From: a virus | Taxonomy: Duplodnaviria; Heunggongvirae; Uroviricota; Caudoviricetes | IMG/VR virus record: IMGVR_UViG_2617270940_000005 | Coordinates: 1 to 31,295 of that record | Reading direction: 5' to 3' (one strand) | DNA length: 31,295 nucleotides | In this document: one piece after another, positions 28,108 to 31,295 of the stretch | How positions within the stretch are numbered: position 1 is the first letter of the stretch | Layout: every line of letters starts with the position of its first letter | Notes under the pieces: model-generated | Told to the model about the DNA's origin: nothing | The model's database searches: none | The model's input: only the letters and a program-made list of their open reading frames with translations | Made by a program: the position numbers and the translations under genes

Positions 28108-28189
28108 ATTTTTGATACAATCTATTGTGTAAGTACTTACTTAACATAATAGCCAATTACCATACAAAAGGCACGAAGGAAAGAGGTTT
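28108..28189. promoter_or_regulatory. Divergent intergenic control region between the ParB operon and the helicase operon
   Basis: 82-bp AT-rich gap between divergent starts, containing the motif palindrome and possible -35/-10-like hexamers (TTGATA, CATAAT) with non-ideal spacing. Confidence 0.5.
28129..28140. repeat. Instance H of TAAGTA..TACTTA motif (perfect 12-bp palindrome)
   Basis: gtaagtacttac, followed by ttaacat. Confidence 0.65.
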
Positions 28190-28528
28190 ATGACTGTTCG
28201 GATTGTATCAAATGCAGTCAATGCGCTGATTTCTGGCGCTGATGACAACGTGAAACGGCTCGTTCAGGAGATGTTGAGCTATGAAGTGGAGGCTGGTGAC
28301 TGGAAAGGGACCAGCACGATGTTCAACTGGAGTAAAAACGCGTTCCCGGCTGGGTTTGCGAAGCCAGTTGCGACCAATCTTCTGAAAGCTGGCATCAAAT
28401 GCGTGCATGTTCGCAAGGAAAAGCTCCCGCGCTGGGTAAGCCGAATCCGGTGGTTAATCCATTCCCGTATAACCCGGACTACGCGTATCAGGATCAGACA
28501 GTGGAAACACTGGTGCGCGAAGGGATGA
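28190..28528 (+). CDS. Hypothetical protein; possibly the N-terminal segment of the helicase separated by a frame change
   Basis: ATG 28190 with strong RBS AAGGAAAGAGG. The first ~78 codons look protein-like; after ~28420 the frame becomes Arg/Trp-rich, while the helicase frame opens at 28336 with its only start at 28399. Confidence 0.5.
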   Translation: MTVRIVSNAVNALISGADDNVKRLVQEMLSYEVEAGDWKGTSTMFNWSKNAFPAGFAKPVATNLLKAGIKCVHVRKEKLPRWVSRIRWLIHSRITRTTRIRIRQWKHWCAKG

Positions 28529-29748
28529 TGATTGCCCAGATTGCGACGGGTGGCGGTAAATCGAACGTAGCGTGTAAGGCAGCAGCTCGCATTGGTCGTA
28601 TGACGCTGTTTTTAACCACGCGCTCGGTTCTGATGTTCCAGATGGCAGAAAACTTCCAGAAATCCATCGACTACCGCGCGAAGAATGGCGAGCCGTGGCT
28701 GAAAGGTCAGAAAGTTGGGGTGATTGGATCTGGTGAGTTCCAGGTATCGCGCCATATCAACGTTGCCACGGTTCAGACCCTGGCTAGTTTTCTCGAAGAG
28801 CCGTCGCGCGACGCATCTCCAGAGAAAAAAAAGTATCACCTGAAACGCCGAGAACTGGTTAAGCGCTTCCTGTCCAGCGTTTCTCTGCTGATTCTGGAAG
28901 AAGCGCACGAATCATCCGGCTCAAACTTCTACGATATAGCCCGGTTGTGTACCAATGCCGACTACCGTCTGGCGCTGACAGCTACGCCGTTCATGAAGGA
29001 CTCGACTGAAGCAAATATGCGTCTCATGGCCGTTGCGGGTCGCATCGAGATAAAAGTAACGGAGAAATATTTGATCGACAGAGGTATTTTAGCGAAACCA
29101 TACTTTTTATATCATAAAATCGCGTACACTCCAGATGAGGCGCGGATTAGAGCCGAACTTGCTTCAAAACACCTGAATTTTAGGGTTGGAATGAGCACGG
29201 CTTACCAGAAAGCCTATCAGTTAGGTATCGTCTATAATCTGGGCCGCAACGAAGCTATTGTGCGTGAAGCGCTAATGTACAAGAGTCACGGTCTGAACTG
29301 TATGACATTGGTTCGTCTGAAGCGTCATGGTCAGATCTTGATGGAAATGATGAAAGAGAGTGGCCTCAAGGTCGATTTCATCTACGGAGAATCAAACCAG
29401 ACTACCCGACAAGCAAAACTTAATAGTCTGGCGGCAGGCAAGATAGATGTTCTCATTGGTTCAACCATTCTGGATGTTGGTGTCGACGTTCCAAGCGTAG
29501 GCGCGGTGATTCTGGGTGGTGGCGGGAAAGCAGAAGTTGAAATGAGACAGCGTGTCGGTCGTGGCTTACGAGCCAAGAAAAATCAGGCTAACGTGTGCTT
29601 TATTACCGACTTCATCGACGTGAGCAACAAATACCTCATGTCGCATTCATATGAGCGGAAACACATTATCGACACGACGCCTGGGTTTGCCGAGGGGGTC
29701 TTGCCGGTTGGCAGCACATTCGATTTCACTGTTTTGGATAGAGAGTAA
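28399..29748 (+). CDS. SF2 helicase (DEAD/DEAH-type core)
   Basis: Motif I IATGGGKS, motif II LILEEAHE, motif III LTATP, C-terminal helicase motifs (GSTILDVGVDVP, QRVGRGLR). Weak RBS; start sits 130 nt inside the upstream ORF. Confidence 0.85.
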   Translation: MRACSQGKAPALGKPNPVVNPFPYNPDYAYQDQTVETLVREGMMIAQIATGGGKSNVACKAAARIGRMTLFLTTRSVLMFQMAENFQKSIDYRAKNGEPWLKGQKVGVIGSGEFQVSRHINVATVQTLASFLEEPSRDASPEKKKYHLKRRELVKRFLSSVSLLILEEAHESSGSNFYDIARLCTNADYRLALTATPFMKDSTEANMRLMAVAGRIEIKVTEKYLIDRGILAKPYFLYHKIAYTPDEARIRAELASKHLNFRVGMSTAYQKAYQLGIVYNLGRNEAIVREALMYKSHGLNCMTLVRLKRHGQILMEMMKESGLKVDFIYGESNQTTRQAKLNSLAAGKIDVLIGSTILDVGVDVPSVGAVILGGGGKAEVEMRQRVGRGLRAKKNQANVCFITDFIDVSNKYLMSHSYERKHIIDTTPGFAEGVLPVGSTFDFTVLDRE

Positions 29749-29750
29749 GC

Positions 29751-30029
29751 ATGAGCGAGAAACGCGCTATTAACTGCCAGGTTAAGTTAACCGAAAAAGC
29801 AAACGATAAACTAGAGACCTTTCAGAATCGACTGCGTGAACGCAGCATAAAACTGTCAAAGGCAGACATCATCAATCTGGTGCTGTCCAATATGACGATG
29901 GGTGATTTTGATAAGATAGCTACGTCATTAGAGACTACTGCAAAGGCTCGTGAAAAGGTCATGAAGATTTACGAAAACTCGGGTATGACCAAAGAAGATC
30001 TGGCCGATATTCTAAAACGCCTCGATTGA
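29751..30029 (+). CDS. Hypothetical 92-aa protein
   Basis: ATG 3 nt after the helicase stop (translational coupling); charged helical protein; followed by a terminator. Confidence 0.5.
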   Translation: MSEKRAINCQVKLTEKANDKLETFQNRLRERSIKLSKADIINLVLSNMTMGDFDKIATSLETTAKAREKVMKIYENSGMTKEDLADILKRLD

Positions 30030-30034
30030 GCATT

Positions 30035-30060
30035 ATGGCGCCTTGAGGCGCCATGATTTT
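30035..30060 (+). terminator. Intrinsic terminator after the helicase operon
   Basis: atggcgcc-ttga-ggcgccat, perfect 8-bp stem, followed by gatttt. Confidence 0.7.
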
Positions 30061-30088
30061 CGTAAAGATAAGGATTTTGTTCGGTACA

Positions 30089-30511
30089 ATGAAACACGTA
30101 TTACTTCCTCTGGTTGCTGCCTCCGCGTTACTTATCACTGCATGTCAATCTCGTCCTATTCCTGTCTCTGAGGCAAAGCCAGCACCGCAGGCCAGAATAT
30201 TCAAATACCAATCTCCGGCGGCATCGACGCTGGTGGTTATGAGAGATAAAAGCATGGTGGGCGCCGGTTGCGACGCATCGATCTTCATCAATGGCGAAAC
30301 CGTTGCAAAACTGGAAACAGGTGAAAAAGTCACTTTTCATCTGGATGCCGGAGAATGGATTGTTGGCGCCTCACTCGAAGGCGCTGGGCTGTGCGCACTG
30401 AATCCTGCTCGTCAGGAACGCGAGACGATTACCAAAGCTGGCGAGACGAAAGTCTTCCGGGTGTTCACCAGTAATGCTGGTGACATCGACATCTTACCAA
30501 CGACACTGTGA
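30089..30511 (+). CDS. Lipoprotein (signal peptide with lipobox), function unknown
   Basis: Start refined to ATG 30089 (track 30053 lies in the terminator hairpin). MKHVLLPLVAASALLITAC is a lipoprotein signal peptide with lipobox LITA-C. Confidence 0.65.
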   Translation: MKHVLLPLVAASALLITACQSRPIPVSEAKPAPQARIFKYQSPAASTLVVMRDKSMVGAGCDASIFINGETVAKLETGEKVTFHLDAGEWIVGASLEGAGLCALNPARQERETITKAGETKVFRVFTSNAGDIDILPTTL

Positions 30512-30515
30512 CGAT

Positions 30516-31028
30516 ATGACGAATATTACTGACATCACCTACGGCATACAGGCTGAAGTCTGGCCGCGAGACTACGAACATGCTGAAAACATACTTATGT
30601 TCTGGCGGAAGAACAACATTCCTGTAAGAGTCACGCTTGAAGACGGTCAGGTGTTTTGCATGTACGTCTACGGGCTATTGAGCGCAAGAAATAAGCTGAA
30701 CCTCACACCAGATCCGCTTAGCAATACAAATCGTGTAAGGCTCCCTCTTGAGCGCATTAGCACAATTGAGTCAGGCATAGAAGAGGTTGACACTTCATTC
30801 ACAGGTCGACTAACGCTGAACAATGAACAGATGGTTAATCAGCCATCACGCCGTGACTTTTTTGCGATATGTCGCAAGGCTTATCAAAACGACCAATCTA
30901 TAAGGGTCTACATGGCAGACGGTCGTGAAATAGAAGGGGTATCAAGAGGCGTTGATGCTTGCCAGGTCACTCTTAAGTTAGAAGACGGCAGAAAAATACT
31001 TGTTTTCTTCGATTGGGTTGAACGAATC
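30516..31028 (+). pseudogene. Gene with an internally duplicated small domain, 3' end truncated by the IS1 insertion
   Basis: Reading frame runs straight into the IS1 terminal repeat at 31029 (...DWVERIG then IS1-encoded residues to a stop at 31109). Two related segments: NIPVRVTLEDGQVF and QSIRVYMADGREIEGV...ILVFF. Alternative in-frame ATG at 30474. Confidence 0.5.
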
Positions 31029-31295
31029 GGTAATGACTCCAACTTACTGATAGTGTTTTATGTTCAGATAATGCCCGATGACTTTGTCATGCAGCTCCAC
31101 CGATTTTGAGAACGACAGTGACTTCCGTCCCAGCCTTGCCAGATGTTGTCTCAGATTCAGATTATGTCGCTCAATGCGCTGAGTGTAACGCTTGCTGATT
31201 ACGTGCAGCTTTCCCTTCAGGCGGGATTCATACAGCGGCCAGCCATCCGTCATCCATATCACCACGTCAAAGGCCGACAGCAGGCTCAGAAGACG
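31029..31295 (-). mobile_element. IS1 insertion sequence, terminal 267 bp (insB end), continuing beyond the window
   Basis: ggtaatgactccaacttactgatagtgttttatgttcagataatgcccgatgac is the IS1 terminal inverted repeat region; the minus strand encodes the InsB C-terminus. Confidence 0.9.
31044..31295 (-). CDS. insB: IS1 transposase InsB, C-terminal part (5' end beyond window)
   Basis: Translation ...[69 protein letters not shown] matches the InsB C-terminus as I recall it. Confidence 0.85.
   Translation of the reverse strand, partial: RLLSLLSAFDVVIWMTDGWPLYESRLKGKLHVISKRYTQRIERHNLNLRQHLARLGRKSLSFSKSVELHDKVIGHYLNIKHYQ

Noticed and set aside
28108-28189. Reading the palindromic motif as a standard sigma-70 promoter
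   Set aside because: No instance gives a convincing -35/-10 pair with 16-18-bp spacing; the conserved part is the dyad itself, which suggests a protein-binding site.
30053-30088. Track start codon of the lipoprotein ORF at 30053
   Set aside because: That ATG is inside the terminator hairpin (30035-30060) and would give an atypically long N-region; the in-frame ATG at 30089 gives a canonical lipoprotein signal peptide.
1-31295. CRISPR arrays, tRNA or rRNA genes
   Set aside because: No regularly spaced direct repeats with unique spacers and no intergenic region long enough or with cloverleaf-like conserved elements; gaps are at most ~195 bp and AT-rich.

Overview
This window is a contiguous stretch of a tailed-phage genome (prophage or phage-plasmid) from an enterobacterial host, with almost all structural genes on the minus strand. 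All calls are from reading the sequence and recalling protein families; no database search was run. From left to right: (1) a complete lambda-type tail module, 2-16001, running stf, J, I, K, L, M, tape measure, G/T chaperone pair and major tail protein; (2) neck, head and packaging genes, 16076-24509, including capsid, scaffold, portal and a short large terminase; (3) a tightly coupled six-gene minus-strand operon of unknown function, 24705-28107, encoding two ParB-like proteins, a small ABC-type ATPase, an 84-aa protein, a GNAT-like protein and a small putative DNA-binding protein; (4) a divergent plus-strand module, 28190-31028, with an SF2 helicase, a lipoprotein and a gene cut by (5) a partial IS1 at the right edge. 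The most unusual features are the six-gene operon, a palindromic AT-rich motif (TAAGTA..TACTTA) recurring at operon junctions, and a long dyad-symmetry element upstream of the small terminase gene. ORF-track start coordinates accept GTG/TTG and are over-extended in several places; refined starts are given where the sequence supports them.
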